Source: an uncultured Gammaproteobacteria bacterium (lineage in GTDB: Bacteria; Pseudomonadota; Gammaproteobacteria; Natronospirales; JAIVGZ01). Taken from it: a stretch of 64,000 bases of DNA. Below, piece after piece: positions 45,841 through 56,719 of this stretch (positions within the stretch are counted from its first letter, which is position 1; every line of letters starts with the position of its first letter). A program made the translations under genes and the position numbers. The notes under the pieces were generated by a model, which was given only the letters and a program-made list of their open reading frames with translations, had not been told where the DNA came from and ran no database searches. The stretch is taken from contig CAYODZ010000187.1 of NCBI GenBank assembly GCA_964402835.1, positions 3,461 through 67,460 on the forward strand. The letters are read 5' to 3'.

Positions 45841-48256
45841 ACTTCGCCGCCTCGGTGCCGAGCGCGTCGAACTCGAAGTCGTCGACCGCGATCACCGCAG
45901 CGGTGAGTTCCGCGGCGCGAGCAAGTTGTCCGTACTCGGTGTCGCTGATGAGGCCCGCGTCCCGCGCGGCTCGCGCATCCTCCGTCTCGCCGGTGCGCTG
46001 CAACTCGCGCAGCTTCCGATAGGCGGCATCTGCCTTGATGACGGCCTGCAGTGCGAGGCCAAGCTGGCCGACCGGGTCGCTAGCGTCGTCCGGCGTGTAG
46101 ATATCCGCGCACAGCCGTGCACGGACCGACGTCGATTCCATCAGTTGGTCGGCAACCTCGTGGCCAAGCCGGTCGCTCGGCGCGGAGTAAGTGCGACCGA
46201 GCGGGAAGCTCAGAATGCGCAATACGAACGCCACCGGTCGATTCGGAAAATTGCGTAGGAATCCGTGCAGTTGTTCCTGAAACCGGTACAGCTGCGTCCG
46301 TAAAGCCCATTCGACCAATGGCAGGTCCGCGGTCTGGCGGCCATCGTCCTCGAATCGTTTGAGAATTGCAGAGGTGATGTAGAGGTGGCTCAGCAAATCG
46401 CCGAGTCGGCCCGAGAGCTTTTCACGCCGCTTCAAGTCGCCCCCCATCACGAGCATCGCAACGTCGGCAGCGAGCGCGAATGACGCCGCGAAGCGATTCA
46501 GGTGCTGGTAGTAACGGCGAGTCGGTGACGACGGCGCCGCGGAGAATCGCGACATTGTCAGCGCCATCCAGAACGAGCGCACAGCGTTCGAGATCGCGAA
46601 ACCGACGTGCCTAACGAGTGCGCGGTCGAAGCGCACGAGACCGGCGTCGGGGTCGGGGTCGCGCGCGGCTTCCATTTCCTCGAACACGAACGGATGACAG
46701 CGGATTGCGCCTTGACCAAAGATGATGAGGCTGCGCGTTAGGATGTTCGCGCCCTCGACGGTGATGGCAATCGGCACGGACTGCCATGATCGTCCGAGCC
46801 AGTTGCGGGGCCCGAGGCAGATGCCCTTGCCGCCGTGTACATCCATCGCATCGTTCGCGACGCTACGACCGAATTCGGTTGCGTGATACTTCGCAATTGC
46901 GCCGGCGACTGCGGGCTTCTCGCCGGCATCCAGCGCGGCAGCCGTGAAGCTGCGCAACGCGTCAACCGCATAGGTAAAGCCACCGATGCGCGCGAGCGCC
47001 TCTTCGATGCCTTCGAATCGCCCGATCGGTAGCCCAAACTGGTGGCGGACGCGTGCGTACGCACCGGTCGCCCAACACGCGAACTTCGCACCACCGGTCG
47101 CGTTCGCAGGCAGCGAGATGGAGCGGCCAACCGAGAGGCATTCCATCAGCATGCGCCAGCCTTCACCCACCATCGCGGAACCGCCGACGATGAAATCAAG
47201 TGGGACGAACACGTCGGTACCGCGCACGGGACCGTTATGGAACGGAATGTTCAGCGGGAAATGACGGCGCCCGATTTCCATCCCTGGCGTGTCGCGTGGA
47301 ATGAGCGCGAGCGTGATGCCGCGATCCTCGTCGCCGCCGAGCAGGCCGTCGGGATCCTTGAGCCGGAACGCTAGCCCAATCACGGTCGCGATTGGTGCGA
47401 GTGTGATGTAGCGCTTGTCGAACGTGAGTCGCATACCCAGCACGTCTTCGCCGTTCCACTCGCCGCGGCAGACCACGCCGGTGTCCGGCAGCGACGCAGC
47501 GTCGGAACCGGCGGTCGGACCGGTCAGTGCAAAACAGGGAATGTCTTCACCACGCGCGAGGCGGGGCAAGTAATGGTCCTTCTGCGCCTCGGTGCCGTAC
47601 ATCAACAAGAGTTCCGCAGGCCCGAGTGAGTTCGGCACGGCGACCATCGATGCGGCGGTCGGACTGCGAGACGCGATCTTGCCGAGCACTTGTGAATGCG
47701 CGTACGCCGAGAACTCGAGGCCACCGTAGTGCTTCGGGATAATCATCGCGAAAAAGCCATTGGACTTGATGTAGTCCCAGGCCTCGGGCGATAAGTCGGC
47801 CCGCTCGTGCGTGATTTCCCACTCGTTCAACATCCCGCACAGGGTCTCTACGGGGCCATCGAGGAACGCGCGTTCCTCATCACTGAGTCGGGGTGCGGCG
47901 AGTGCGTGTAGGTCGCGCCATGCGGGAATGCCGCTGAACAAAGTGCCTTCCCAGCCGACGGTGCCGGCCTCGAGCGCGTCGCGCTCGGTGTCCGACATCG
48001 AGGGAAGCACGCGACGGAATGCAGCGAACGCTGGACGCGAGAGGTACTCGCGTCGGATGGCGACGACATTCAGGGGAATCGCGACGGCGGCGAGCACCAG
48101 CCAACCGAGCAACGCGAGCCAGCCCGAGTCACCGAACAGCGTGTAGAGCAGGACAAACCCGGCGGCGACCGCGGTGGATGTCGCGAGCGACGCGCGGTAC
48201 CACGCAAGGGCCCCGAAGGTCGCGAATAACAGCACCAGCCAAAGTACGGTTTCCAT
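45800..48256 (-). CDS. fadE: large membrane-anchored acyl-CoA dehydrogenase FadE
   Basis: 818 aa with N-terminal TM helices, an ACAD core, and the long C-terminal FadE extension. Length and layout match E. coli FadE. Confidence 0.9.
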   Translation of the reverse strand: METVLWLVLLFATFGALAWYRASLATSTAVAAGFVLLYTLFGDSGWLALLGWLVLAAVAIPLNVVAIRREYLSRPAFAAFRRVLPSMSDTERDALEAGTVGWEGTLFSGIPAWRDLHALAAPRLSDEERAFLDGPVETLCGMLNEWEITHERADLSPEAWDYIKSNGFFAMIIPKHYGGLEFSAYAHSQVLGKIASRSPTAASMVAVPNSLGPAELLLMYGTEAQKDHYLPRLARGEDIPCFALTGPTAGSDAASLPDTGVVCRGEWNGEDVLGMRLTFDKRYITLAPIATVIGLAFRLKDPDGLLGGDEDRGITLALIPRDTPGMEIGRRHFPLNIPFHNGPVRGTDVFVPLDFIVGGSAMVGEGWRMLMECLSVGRSISLPANATGGAKFACWATGAYARVRHQFGLPIGRFEGIEEALARIGGFTYAVDALRSFTAAALDAGEKPAVAGAIAKYHATEFGRSVANDAMDVHGGKGICLGPRNWLGRSWQSVPIAITVEGANILTRSLIIFGQGAIRCHPFVFEEMEAARDPDPDAGLVRFDRALVRHVGFAISNAVRSFWMALTMSRFSAAPSSPTRRYYQHLNRFAASFALAADVAMLVMGGDLKRREKLSGRLGDLLSHLYITSAILKRFEDDGRQTADLPLVEWALRTQLYRFQEQLHGFLRNFPNRPVAFVLRILSFPLGRTYSAPSDRLGHEVADQLMESTSVRARLCADIYTPDDASDPVGQLGLALQAVIKADAAYRKLRELQRTGETEDARAARDAGLISDTEYGQLARAAELTAAVIAVDDFEFDALGTEAAKFTPVAKPRARASD

Positions 48257-48299
48257 GGCTGAATCTTAGCAGCCCTACTGGGCGGCGGCCCGCTCAGGT

Positions 48300-48545
48300 G
48301 GCGGCCTGCTGCGACGGCCGGACCGAACTCGCCGCTGCCGCTTCCCTCGACTGCGCGGCTGATTGACTGCCGCCTTGGGTGACCGGTTCTACCGCGGCAA
48401 CTCTGCGCGGCGCCTTCGGTGGAGGGCTTACCCACGGACGTCTCGGTCGCTCCCGGCGAGTTGTCCGTCCGCTCCGCTGGCCGGCTGCCGTCGTGTCGCC
48501 AAGGTTCGCTGCGTCAGGTGGGAGCGGCGCTTCGCGCCGCGATGG
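48300..48545. repeat. copy B of the ~245-nt structured intergenic repeat
   Basis: See copy A (2572-2818). Hairpin at 48524-48540 (GCGGCGC-TTC-GCGCCGC). It lies between the mdh stop and the fadE start. Confidence 0.8.
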
Positions 48546-48621
48546 TCGCGCCACCGGCGTGTCCCGTTGGTGCCTGACCCCATGTGTCCCATGGCACCGC
48601 GCGATGGTTATGCCACCGGCG
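48538..48621. repeat. composite short-repeat block flanking repeat copy B
   Basis: A 22-nt direct repeat CGCGATGGTNNNGCCACCGGCG lies at 48538-48559 and 48600-48621 (19/22 identical). It brackets GTGTCCC-N-TGG direct repeats (48559..., 48584...) and a GGTGCC/GGCACC inverted pair (48569-48574 / 48593-48598). Confidence 0.6.
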
Positions 48622-48640
48622 CTCTCGCGGCGACGAGGCG

Positions 48641-49621
48641 TTAGCCGAGCAGTTCCTCGACGCCGGCGCGCTCCTCACGGAGCTCCGAGTTGGTCGCGTC
48701 GAGCCGCTCGCGGCTGAATGCGTCGATATCGAGCCCTTGGACGATCTCGTACTGGCCGCCCTTGCAAGTGACCGGGAATGAGTAGACGACGCCTTCTTCG
48801 ATGCCGTAACTGCCATCGGACGGAATCCCCATCGACGTCCAGTCACCGTCGGCGGTGTCGAGCGCCCAGGTCCGCATATGGTCGATCGCGGCCGACGCTG
48901 CCGATGCGGCAGAAGACGCACCGCGCGCCTTGATGATCGCGGCGCCGCGTTGCTGGACGGTGGGGATGAAGGTCTCAGTGAGCCAAGCGCTGTCGAGCCG
49001 CTCAATGGCCGGCTTACCGGAGACCAACGCGTGGCTGACGTCCGGGTACTGAGTGGACGAGTGGTTGCCCCAGATGGTCATACGAGTGATGTCGCTGGTA
49101 TGGACGTCCAGCTTCAGCGCGAGCTGCGCGAGCGCGCGGTTATGGTCGAGGCGCGTCATCGCCGTGAATTGACGGCGGTCGAGGCGCGGCGCGTTGCTCG
49201 CTGCGATCAGTGCGTTCGTGTTCGCGGGGTTGCCCACGACGAGCACGCGCACGCCCGAATCTGCATGGTCGTTCATCGCCTTGCCTTGGACCGAGAAAAT
49301 CGCCGCGTTCGCGGTGAGTAGGTCCTTGCGCTCCATGCCCGGGCCGCGCGGACGGGCGCCGACGAGCAGTGCGTAGTCGGTCGACGCAAACGCATCTTCC
49401 GGCTTGTCCGTGGCGACGATGTCGACAAGGAGCGGAAACGCACAATCGCGCAGCTCCATTACGACGCCTTCCAGTGTCGGCAACGCTGGCGTGATTTCAA
49501 GTAACTGAAGGATGACCGGTTGGTCGGGGCCGAGCATGTCGCCAGCCGCGATACGGAACGCGAGCGCGTAGCCAATTTGACCGGCGGCGCCTGTAATGGT
49601 GATTCGAACGGGTTTTTTCAT
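48641..49621 (-). CDS. mdh: malate dehydrogenase
   Basis: 326 aa ([14 protein letters not shown], catalytic region [12 protein letters not shown]). Confidence 0.95.
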   Translation of the reverse strand: MKKPVRITITGAAGQIGYALAFRIAAGDMLGPDQPVILQLLEITPALPTLEGVVMELRDCAFPLLVDIVATDKPEDAFASTDYALLVGARPRGPGMERKDLLTANAAIFSVQGKAMNDHADSGVRVLVVGNPANTNALIAASNAPRLDRRQFTAMTRLDHNRALAQLALKLDVHTSDITRMTIWGNHSSTQYPDVSHALVSGKPAIERLDSAWLTETFIPTVQQRGAAIIKARGASSAASAASAAIDHMRTWALDTADGDWTSMGIPSDGSYGIEEGVVYSFPVTCKGGQYEIVQGLDIDAFSRERLDATNSELREERAGVEELLG

Positions 49622-49681
49622 GGCGGCGATTTTAGCATGTGAATTGACCGTATCCCGCTGCGCGCGGTACCGTGTGCCACC

Positions 49682-50968
49682 TTGAATACGACCACGCTAA
49701 ACCTCGAAGAAATGCTGGCCAGCGCGAACCGCTTGGCCGCCGAAGGCCGCCTCGCCGATGCGGATGCCCTGTTTTCGCGTGTCCTCGAGGCAGCGCCAGA
49801 ACATCCACTTGCGCTGCGGTTCAAAGCGTTTCAAGCGCTCGAGGCCGGGCAACACCCCATCGCGGAGGGTTTCCTGCGCCGCCTAATCGCGTGCGCGCCC
49901 GACGACGCGTGGGCCTGGTACAACCTGGCGCTCGCGGTGTACTCGCAGGACCGTTTCGATGACGCGCTCGCCGCGCTCGACGAGAGCCTGAAGCATGATC
50001 ACGAGCAGCCGACCGCGTGGCTGTACCGTGGCATCCTGTTGCAGGACTTCAAGCGCCACGACGATGCGGTCATCAGCTTCTTGCGCGGCGTGAAGATTGC
50101 AGAGAAACATGGGCTGGTCCCGGAAGACCCCGACATGCAGCGCTTGATGCAGCATGCGAGCGCGGTCGTGGCTTTCGAGTTGAATAGCCGCCTTGATGCC
50201 GCGCTTGCACCCGTCATCGATCGGTTCGGCGCCGAAGCAGTCGCGCGGATCCGCAAGGGCGCCGATATTTTCGTCGGAAAGCGCCCGTTCGAGGGGGCGC
50301 ATCCGCTGTGGCGTCCTAGCCTTTTCTATGTGCCTGACCTCACGCCACGCATGTTCTTCGAGCGCGAAGAATTCCCGTGGACGGCGCAGGTCGAAGCGGC
50401 CACGGCCGAGATTCGCGATGAGATGCGCGCGGTGCTTGAGGACGGCGAGGGTTTGAAGCCGTACGTGAACCATGCGGCCGGCACCCATCAGGCGCGCACC
50501 TGGGCCAGCATCAATCAGTCCAAGGATTGGTCGACGTTCCACTTCTTCCGGCACGGCGAGCGCTACGACGAGAATTGCCGCCGGTGTCCGCGCACGGCCG
50601 AGTTGCTCGATTCGCTCGATCTCAATCGCGTCCCGGGCTATGGCCCGGAAGCGATGTTCTCTGTATTACGGCCGCATACGCGCATTCCGGCCCATTACGG
50701 CTCCGTGAACGGGCGCGTGATCGTGCACCTGCCGCTTGTGGTGCCCGAGAACTGCGGTGCGCTACGCGTCGGCGACCAGCAACGCGCGTGGACCGAGGGC
50801 GAGCTCATGATGTTCGATGACTCGTTCCAGCACGAGGCGTGGAACGACAGCGACGAAACCCGGGTTGTGCTGATATTCGATAGCTGGAATCCGCAATTGA
50901 GCGCCGCCGAGCGCGAAGGCTTCTCCGAGGTGCTGCAGGCTGCGCAGCGCTTCAATAACCTGCTCTGA
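49682..50968 (+). CDS. TPR-repeat / aspartyl-asparaginyl beta-hydroxylase family protein
   Basis: TPR repeats in the N-terminal half. The C-terminal half has a 2OG-oxygenase (Asp/Asn hydroxylase-like) pattern ([15 protein letters not shown]...[11 protein letters not shown]). TTG start at 49682, with ATG 49712 as an alternative. Confidence 0.72.
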   Translation: MNTTTLNLEEMLASANRLAAEGRLADADALFSRVLEAAPEHPLALRFKAFQALEAGQHPIAEGFLRRLIACAPDDAWAWYNLALAVYSQDRFDDALAALDESLKHDHEQPTAWLYRGILLQDFKRHDDAVISFLRGVKIAEKHGLVPEDPDMQRLMQHASAVVAFELNSRLDAALAPVIDRFGAEAVARIRKGADIFVGKRPFEGAHPLWRPSLFYVPDLTPRMFFEREEFPWTAQVEAATAEIRDEMRAVLEDGEGLKPYVNHAAGTHQARTWASINQSKDWSTFHFFRHGERYDENCRRCPRTAELLDSLDLNRVPGYGPEAMFSVLRPHTRIPAHYGSVNGRVIVHLPLVVPENCGALRVGDQQRAWTEGELMMFDDSFQHEAWNDSDETRVVLIFDSWNPQLSAAEREGFSEVLQAAQRFNNLL

Positions 50969-50988
50969 TTTAACATAACGCACCGTTT

Positions 50989-51006
50989 GGTCCCGTAATC
51001 GGGACT
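50989..51006 (+). terminator. weak candidate terminator hairpin after the hydroxylase gene
   Basis: GTCCCG-TAAT-CGGGAC is a perfect 6-bp stem, but only TT follows it, so the U-tract is poor. Confidence 0.3.
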
Positions 51007-51013
51007 TAAGGGC

Positions 51014-51041
51014 TTGCACTTTCAAAAACAGGTGTTATAGT
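51014..51041 (+). promoter_or_regulatory. candidate sigma-70 promoter of the gntR-ABC operon
   Basis: TTGCAC (51014-51019), a 16-nt spacer, then TATAGT (51036-51041), about 33 nt upstream of ATG 51074. Short inverted repeats (TATAGT/ACTATA and GTGTT/AACAC) overlap it at 51032-51057. Confidence 0.4.
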
Positions 51042-51073
51042 CAGCTACAACACTATACGAGTGGGATGGTCCG

Positions 51074-51445
51074 ATGGATCCGAACTGGAACGACAGTCAA
51101 CCAATTTACCGCCAGCTGCGCGACCGCGTCGTGGCGATGATTATCGAGGGCGTATTGAACGACGGCGAAGCGCTGCCGTCCGTGCGCAACGTCGCGGCCG
51201 AATACCAACTCAACCCATTAACGGTCCTCAAGGGCTATCAGGCGCTCGTCGACGAGGACCTCGTCGAGAAGCGGCGTGGCCTCGGGATGTTCGTCAAAGA
51301 AGGTGCGCGCAAGAAGCTCACGCGCGACGAACGCCAGCGTTTCATCGAGGAAGAATGGCCCTTGGTCGTCGAGACGATCAATCGCCTCGGCATTGACGCC
51401 GAAGAATTGCTGAAGGTTTTGGATAAGAACGGGGAATCACGATGA
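51074..51445 (+). CDS. GntR family (YtrA-subfamily-like) transcriptional regulator
   Basis: 123 aa winged-HTH protein (PIYRQLRDRVVAMIIEG...LPSVRNVAAEYQLNPLTVLKGYQAL). The short effector part is typical of YtrA-type regulators coupled to ABC transporters. Confidence 0.85.
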   Translation: MDPNWNDSQPIYRQLRDRVVAMIIEGVLNDGEALPSVRNVAAEYQLNPLTVLKGYQALVDEDLVEKRRGLGMFVKEGARKKLTRDERQRFIEEEWPLVVETINRLGIDAEELLKVLDKNGESR

Positions 51446-52299
51446 ACACGCTGATCAAGGCAAAGGGGCTCAGCAAGCAGTACGGCACACTGCGCGCGCT
51501 CGACGACGTGAGCTTTTCGATCGAGCCAGGCCGCATCGTCGGTCTGATCGGTCCGAACGGCGCGGGCAAGACGACGGCGCTCAAAGCGATTCTCGGTCTC
51601 GCGGACTTCGATGGTGAGCTCGACGTGCTCGGCTTCGACCCGCGCAAACAGCGCCACCGGATGATGCAGGAGGTGTGTTTCATCGCCGATGTCGCGACGC
51701 TTCCGCGATGGATGCGCGTGCATCAGGCGATTGATTTCGTCGAGTCGGTGCATCCGCGCTTTCGTCGTGACCGCGCCGAACATTTTCTCGCCCGCACCGA
51801 GATCCGGCGTGACAGCAAGGTCAAGGCGCTGTCGAAGGGCATGGTCACGCAGTTGCATCTCGCACTCGTGATGGCGATTGACGCGCGGCTGCTCGTGCTC
51901 GACGAGCCGACACTCGGGCTGGACATCCTATTCCGCAAGGAGTTCTACACCACGCTCCTCAGCGATTACATGGATGACGACAAGACCATCATCGTGACGA
52001 CGCACCAGGTCGAGGAAGTCGAGAAGATTCTCACGGACCTCATGTTCATCCATCACGGCAAGATCGTGCTCGACGTGTCGATGGAGACGCTCGAGCAGCG
52101 CTTCGCCGAGGTGCTCGTTCCGCCCGACCACGCCGCTGAAGCGCGCGCGTTAGGCCCGATTCATGAGCGCGAAGTATTCGGCAAACGGCTGTTCATATTC
52201 GACGGTGTCGACCGTGAACGCATCGCCCGGTTCGGCGAGGTCCACACGCCGAGTGTGTCCGATCTCTTTGTCGCGAAGCTGAGGGGGGCGACCGCATGA
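51442..52299 (+). CDS. ABC transporter ATP-binding protein
   Basis: ATGA overlap with gntR. Walker A GPNGAGKT, signature LSKGM, Walker B LLVLDEP. Confidence 0.85.
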   Translation: MNTLIKAKGLSKQYGTLRALDDVSFSIEPGRIVGLIGPNGAGKTTALKAILGLADFDGELDVLGFDPRKQRHRMMQEVCFIADVATLPRWMRVHQAIDFVESVHPRFRRDRAEHFLARTEIRRDSKVKALSKGMVTQLHLALVMAIDARLLVLDEPTLGLDILFRKEFYTTLLSDYMDDDKTIIVTTHQVEEVEKILTDLMFIHHGKIVLDVSMETLEQRFAEVLVPPDHAAEARALGPIHEREVFGKRLFIFDGVDRERIARFGEVHTPSVSDLFVAKLRGATA

Positions 52300-53228
52300 A
52301 GACTTTCATTGCATTGGTGCGGCGCGAGCATTGGGAATCATCGGCGTTCTGGATCGTTCCCGGCGTATTCGCGCTGCTGCTGGTTGCGGGCAGCCTGTTC
52401 GGTTTCTTCTCGCTGTGGCAACACGGCGTCGACCCCGAAGACCTGCGCCACGGGCTCGATAATCTCGCCGACATGGCCGGCGACGAGCGCCGTGAGATTC
52501 TCAAAATCGCGCTGTTGAGCGCCGCTGCGCCTTTTAACGTGTTCCTCATCGGCGTCACGTTCTTCTATGCGCTGGATGCGCTGTACTCAGACCGCAGGGA
52601 CCGGAGCGTGCTGTTCTTCAAATCGTTGCCGGTGTCCGACCTGCAGACGGTATTGTCGAAGCTCGCAATGGCGTTGGTGGTTGGCCCTGCGCTGACTTTC
52701 GCAGTCGTGGCGGTGTTCCAGGTGTTCACGCTACTGCTCGGCACCGGCCTTATGTTGTGGTCGGGGACGGACGCCTGGTACCTCGGGCTCGACCCACTCG
52801 CGCTCCTCTACGCGTGGTCGACGATGGCGTGGGCGCTGTTCGCGCAGTCCCTCGTGTACCTGCCGATTGTGGCGTGGCTGATGCTCGCTTCGGCGTGGGC
52901 GAAAAAAGCGCCGTTCCTGTGGGCGGTCGTGCCGCCGGTTGCGGTGCTCATCGTTGAGGGTTGGATACGGCGCTTCGACGGCGACACCGTGCTCGGCAAT
53001 TGGCTCGCCGACCGCGTCGCAAATGCGCTGCCGTTGTCGTTCAACGTGGTCGGTCGCGGCGATGGACTGCGCATATCGACCCATGGCGGTGTGCTCAGCG
53101 CCGATGGCGGCATCAGAGTGAATTTTGACCTGCTGTGGAGCGGGATGGTGTGGCAAGGGGTGGCGATCGCCGCGGTCCTGTTGGCTGGCGCAGTCTGGCT
53201 ACGCAGATACCGTGCCGAGGCCGAATAA
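52296..53228 (+). CDS. multi-pass membrane protein, probable ABC-2-type permease partner
   Basis: ATGA overlap with the ATPase gene. About 6-7 hydrophobic helices, plus a FFKSLPVS motif seen in ABC-2-like permeases. The family is not firmly recognised. Confidence 0.6.
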   Translation: MKTFIALVRREHWESSAFWIVPGVFALLLVAGSLFGFFSLWQHGVDPEDLRHGLDNLADMAGDERREILKIALLSAAAPFNVFLIGVTFFYALDALYSDRRDRSVLFFKSLPVSDLQTVLSKLAMALVVGPALTFAVVAVFQVFTLLLGTGLMLWSGTDAWYLGLDPLALLYAWSTMAWALFAQSLVYLPIVAWLMLASAWAKKAPFLWAVVPPVAVLIVEGWIRRFDGDTVLGNWLADRVANALPLSFNVVGRGDGLRISTHGGVLSADGGIRVNFDLLWSGMVWQGVAIAAVLLAGAVWLRRYRAEAE

Positions 53229-53620
53229 TGGGAAAGGAGAAGCTTGTGTATAGAAATATTGCAGTCGCCGCGTTGGCGATGGTGATGGGGTCGGGTTGCG
53301 TGCTCGTGGTCGCCGACGGTGAAGTGGTCCGCGACGGCAAGCGGAACAGCGTGCTCGAACAACAGAAATACAATCAGGTTGCGGTGCCGAAAATCGCGCT
53401 TGGCACGTCGATCGACGCCGTGCGCGACGACCTCGGTGAGCCGCACTTTGCGGAAGCATTCAGCGGAGAGGATGGCGAGTACCGCGTGTTGTTCTATCGC
53501 ACGCACCGCACGCACCAAGACGGCGATACCACCCGCGACGAGACGACGCCGGTCGTGTTCCGTGATGGCGCGGTGGTCGGTATCGGCGACGACTTTTACC
53601 GTCGCTTGACCGGGGGCTAG
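53228..53620 (+). CDS. small lipoprotein (DUF3192-like)
   Basis: ORF 53135..53620 trimmed to ATG 53228 (TAATG overlap). Lipobox MGSGC. Pattern: G.S.D.V...LG.P...E.F....EYRVLFYRT. Confidence 0.55.
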   Translation: MGKEKLVYRNIAVAALAMVMGSGCVLVVADGEVVRDGKRNSVLEQQKYNQVAVPKIALGTSIDAVRDDLGEPHFAEAFSGEDGEYRVLFYRTHRTHQDGDTTRDETTPVVFRDGAVVGIGDDFYRRLTGG

Positions 53621-54108
53621 TCCCGAAAGTTGGTGTATTGCAGCGGCTGGCCGAGCTCGGCTTGCTTGCTCCGCAACAACGCGATGACCTCCTGCAGGTC
53701 ATCGCGTTTTTTTCCGGTGACGCGAACTTGGTCGCCCTGGATCGCGGCTTGAACCTTCATTTTCTCATCCTTGATCATGCGCACGATTTTCTTCGCAAGT
53801 TCCGAGCTGATGCCCTGCTTAACCTTCAATAACTGCTTCGCTTTGTCACCGGAGATTGCTTCGATCTTCCCGGGTTCGACGGACGCGACGTCGATACCGC
53901 GTTTAGCGAGCTTCTGATACAGGATGTCCGTCACCTGTTCCAGCTGGAAGTCGCTGTCGCCGTAGGCCATGAGTGATTCCTCGACGCGCTCGACCTTCGC
54001 GCTCGATCCCTTGAAGTCGTAGCGGTTGCCGATTTCGCGCATCGCCTGATCCACTGCGTTGGTCAACTCGTTCATGTCCACTTCGGATACAACGTCGAAA
54101 GATGGCAT
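53617..54108 (-). CDS. yajQ: YajQ family nucleotide/cyclic-di-GMP-binding protein
   Basis: ORF trimmed to ATG 54108. [21 protein letters not shown] is nearly identical to the E. coli YajQ N-terminus. 163 aa. Confidence 0.88.
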   Translation of the reverse strand: MPSFDVVSEVDMNELTNAVDQAMREIGNRYDFKGSSAKVERVEESLMAYGDSDFQLEQVTDILYQKLAKRGIDVASVEPGKIEAISGDKAKQLLKVKQGISSELAKKIVRMIKDEKMKVQAAIQGDQVRVTGKKRDDLQEVIALLRSKQAELGQPLQYTNFRD

Positions 54109-54110
54109 CG

Positions 54111-55322
54111 CTATTCCTCCTGCAATTCTAGAATGGTGCAAGCCTGGTCTACGGTGAGCGCGTGCATCGCCCGCACCGCCTTCGCGCGTGCTGTAGCGAG
54201 GGTGTCCGCGCGGGCGAGCGTCACGCCCATGCGTCGCTTACCTTGCACCGTCGGTTTACCGAAAAGCCGAAGTGCCGTGCCTGGTTCTGCCAGCGCCGCT
54301 TCGACGCCGCCGAACGCGACGCCTTCGGCATCACCGGCAACGACGATTGCGCACGAGGCGGACGGCCCGCACTGAACGATGTCGGGAATGGGGAGGCCGA
54401 GAATCGCGCGCACATGCAGCGCGAATTCGGATAGATCCTGTGAAATCAGCGTAACCAACCCGGTGTCGTGCGGGCGCGGCGAGACTTCGCTGAACCAGAC
54501 CTCGTCCCGCTTCACGAAGAACTCGACGCCGAACAGACCGCGGCCGCCGAGCGCGTCGGTGACTGCGTGCGCAGCCGCTTGCGCACGCTCGAGCGCGAGT
54601 GCGCTCATCCCGTGCGGCTGCCAGGACTCGCGGTAATCACCGTCAATCTGGCGGTGGCCGATGGGCGCGCAGAATGACGTCCCGCCCGCATGACGAACGG
54701 TGAGTAGCGTGATTTCGTAATCGAAATCAATGAACCCTTCGACGATGACGCGCCCGGCGCCCGCGCGCCCGCCGCGCTGCGCGGTTGACCAGGCCTCGTC
54801 GACATCACTGGCCACCCGAACTGTGCTTTGGCCTTTTCCCGATGAGCTCATCACGGGCTTCACGACACAGGGCATGCCGATTTGTGCGACCGCGTCGCGG
54901 TATTCGCTTTGTGTATCGGCGAATCGGTATGGCGATACGGCGAGCTGCAATTCCTCGGCGGCGAGCCGACGGATGCCCTCGCGATCCATCGTGAGGCGCG
55001 CCGCCCGTGCGGTTGGGATGACCGTCAGCCCATTGGCTTCGAGCGCGACGAGGGTCGCCGTCGCGATCGCTTCGACCTCCGGCACGACGAGCGTTGGCTC
55101 TACCCGCTCGATCAGCGCTTCAAGCGCGGCGCCGTCGAGCATGTCGAGCACTTCGAACCGGTGTGCGACCTGCATGGCAGGCGCATCCGGATATCGGTCG
55201 GCGGCAATCACCTCGACGCCGAGGCGTTGCGCTTCAATCGCAACTTCCTTGCCGAGCTCACCGCTACCAAGCAGTAGCAGGCGCGTGGCGGAGGGGGTCC
55301 CGGGCGTGCCAAGCGAAATCAT
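54111..55322 (-). CDS. purT: formate-dependent phosphoribosylglycinamide formyltransferase
   Basis: 403 aa ATP-grasp protein with a PurT-like N-terminus ([31 protein letters not shown]). Confidence 0.9.
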   Translation of the reverse strand: MISLGTPGTPSATRLLLLGSGELGKEVAIEAQRLGVEVIAADRYPDAPAMQVAHRFEVLDMLDGAALEALIERVEPTLVVPEVEAIATATLVALEANGLTVIPTARAARLTMDREGIRRLAAEELQLAVSPYRFADTQSEYRDAVAQIGMPCVVKPVMSSSGKGQSTVRVASDVDEAWSTAQRGGRAGAGRVIVEGFIDFDYEITLLTVRHAGGTSFCAPIGHRQIDGDYRESWQPHGMSALALERAQAAAHAVTDALGGRGLFGVEFFVKRDEVWFSEVSPRPHDTGLVTLISQDLSEFALHVRAILGLPIPDIVQCGPSASCAIVVAGDAEGVAFGGVEAALAEPGTALRLFGKPTVQGKRRMGVTLARADTLATARAKAVRAMHALTVDQACTILELQEE

Positions 55323-55396
55323 CGAGCAATGTTACCAAGCTTGACCCACCGGCCGCGCTTGCCTCTTAATGGCCCGACGGTTTCCTGGAGATTCGC

Positions 55397-56719
55397 ATGC
55401 GACTGCCACTGCTCTTCGTCATTCTGTCCGTCTCGTCGGCTGCATTCGCCGAGACGCCGTTTCCGTCCACTTACAAGCCGCTCCCACCCGAAACGGTGCT
55501 GTTGCAGAACGCGACGCTCCTGACCGGAGATGGTGCGCGACACGACGGCGCCGACCTATTGCTCGTTGATGGCCGTATCGCGCAGATTGGCGAGGGTATC
55601 AGCGCCCCGGACGGTGCGCGTGTGATCGATGCGAGTGGCAAGTGGGTCACGCCGGGGCTCATCGACAACCATTCACACCTCGGTGTGTATCCCTCACCGG
55701 GGGCTGCCGCGCATTCCGACGGCAATGAAATGACCTCGCCGAATACGGCAGAGGTCTGGGCCGAGCATTCGGTGTGGGCCCAGGACCCCGGGTTCGTGCG
55801 CGCACTCGAGGGCGGGGTGACGACCCTGCAGATCCTGCCGGGCTCGGCAAACCTGATTGGTGGGCGGAGCGTGACGGTCCGTAACCTGCCCGGACGCACG
55901 GTCCAGGACATGAAGTTTCCCGGTGCGCCGTACGGGATGAAAATGGCCTGCGGTGAGAATCCGAAACGCGTTTACGGCGGCAAGGGGCGCGCACCCTCGA
56001 CGCGCATGGGTAACGTCGCCGGCTACCGCGCGGCGTGGATCGCGGCCGCCGAGTACCGCGAAAAACTCGACGGTGACGAACCGCCGAAACGCGACTTACA
56101 ACTCGAGACGCTCGCGGGCGTGCTGGCCGGCGAGATCCTTGTGCACAACCATTGCTACCGGGCCGACGAGATGGCGGTGATGCTCGATATCGCGGACGAG
56201 TTCGGCTACAAGGTCACGTCGTTCCACCATGCGGTCGAAGCGTACAAAATCGCCGACCGTCTCGCGGAAGCCGGCGTGTGCTCGTCCATGTGGGCCGATT
56301 GGTGGGGTTTCAAACTCGAGGCCTGGGACGGCATCCGCGAGAACATCGCCATCGTCGAGGCAGCGGGTGCCTGCGCAATCGTGCACTCGGATTCGGACAT
56401 CGGCATCCAGCGACTGAACCAAGAAGCCGCGAAAGCGATGGCAGCCGGGCAGCGCGCCGGGCTTGAAATCGGGCCCGAGACCGCAATCCGCTGGATTACC
56501 TTGAATCCAGCGCAATCGCTGGGCGTGGCCGATGAGACCGGCAGCCTTGAGGTCGGCAAGCGTGCCGACGTCGTGTTGTGGGACCGCAATCCTTTCAGCG
56601 TCTACGCGCGTGCAGAAATCGTGTTTATCGACGGGGCCCGTGCCTACGACCAGGGCGACCCCGAACGGCAGCCACGCACCGACTTCGAACTCGGCGCCCA
56701 TACCGGAGGTGCACGATGA
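55397..56719 (+). CDS. exported amidohydrolase-superfamily enzyme (COG1228-like)
   Basis: Signal peptide. Metal-ligand HxH motif (IDNHSHLG) and a distal HH/D pattern. Confidence 0.8.
   Translation: MRLPLLFVILSVSSAAFAETPFPSTYKPLPPETVLLQNATLLTGDGARHDGADLLLVDGRIAQIGEGISAPDGARVIDASGKWVTPGLIDNHSHLGVYPSPGAAAHSDGNEMTSPNTAEVWAEHSVWAQDPGFVRALEGGVTTLQILPGSANLIGGRSVTVRNLPGRTVQDMKFPGAPYGMKMACGENPKRVYGGKGRAPSTRMGNVAGYRAAWIAAAEYREKLDGDEPPKRDLQLETLAGVLAGEILVHNHCYRADEMAVMLDIADEFGYKVTSFHHAVEAYKIADRLAEAGVCSSMWADWWGFKLEAWDGIRENIAIVEAAGACAIVHSDSDIGIQRLNQEAAKAMAAGQRAGLEIGPETAIRWITLNPAQSLGVADETGSLEVGKRADVVLWDRNPFSVYARAEIVFIDGARAYDQGDPERQPRTDFELGAHTGGAR

Noticed and set aside
48257-48640. A 384-nt spacer considered as a housekeeping RNA gene (RNase P RNA, 6S, tmRNA or SRP RNA sized)
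   Set aside because: I could not find the universally conserved motifs of those RNAs. Most of the spacer is a repeat that also occurs at 2572-2818, which a single-copy housekeeping RNA would not do.
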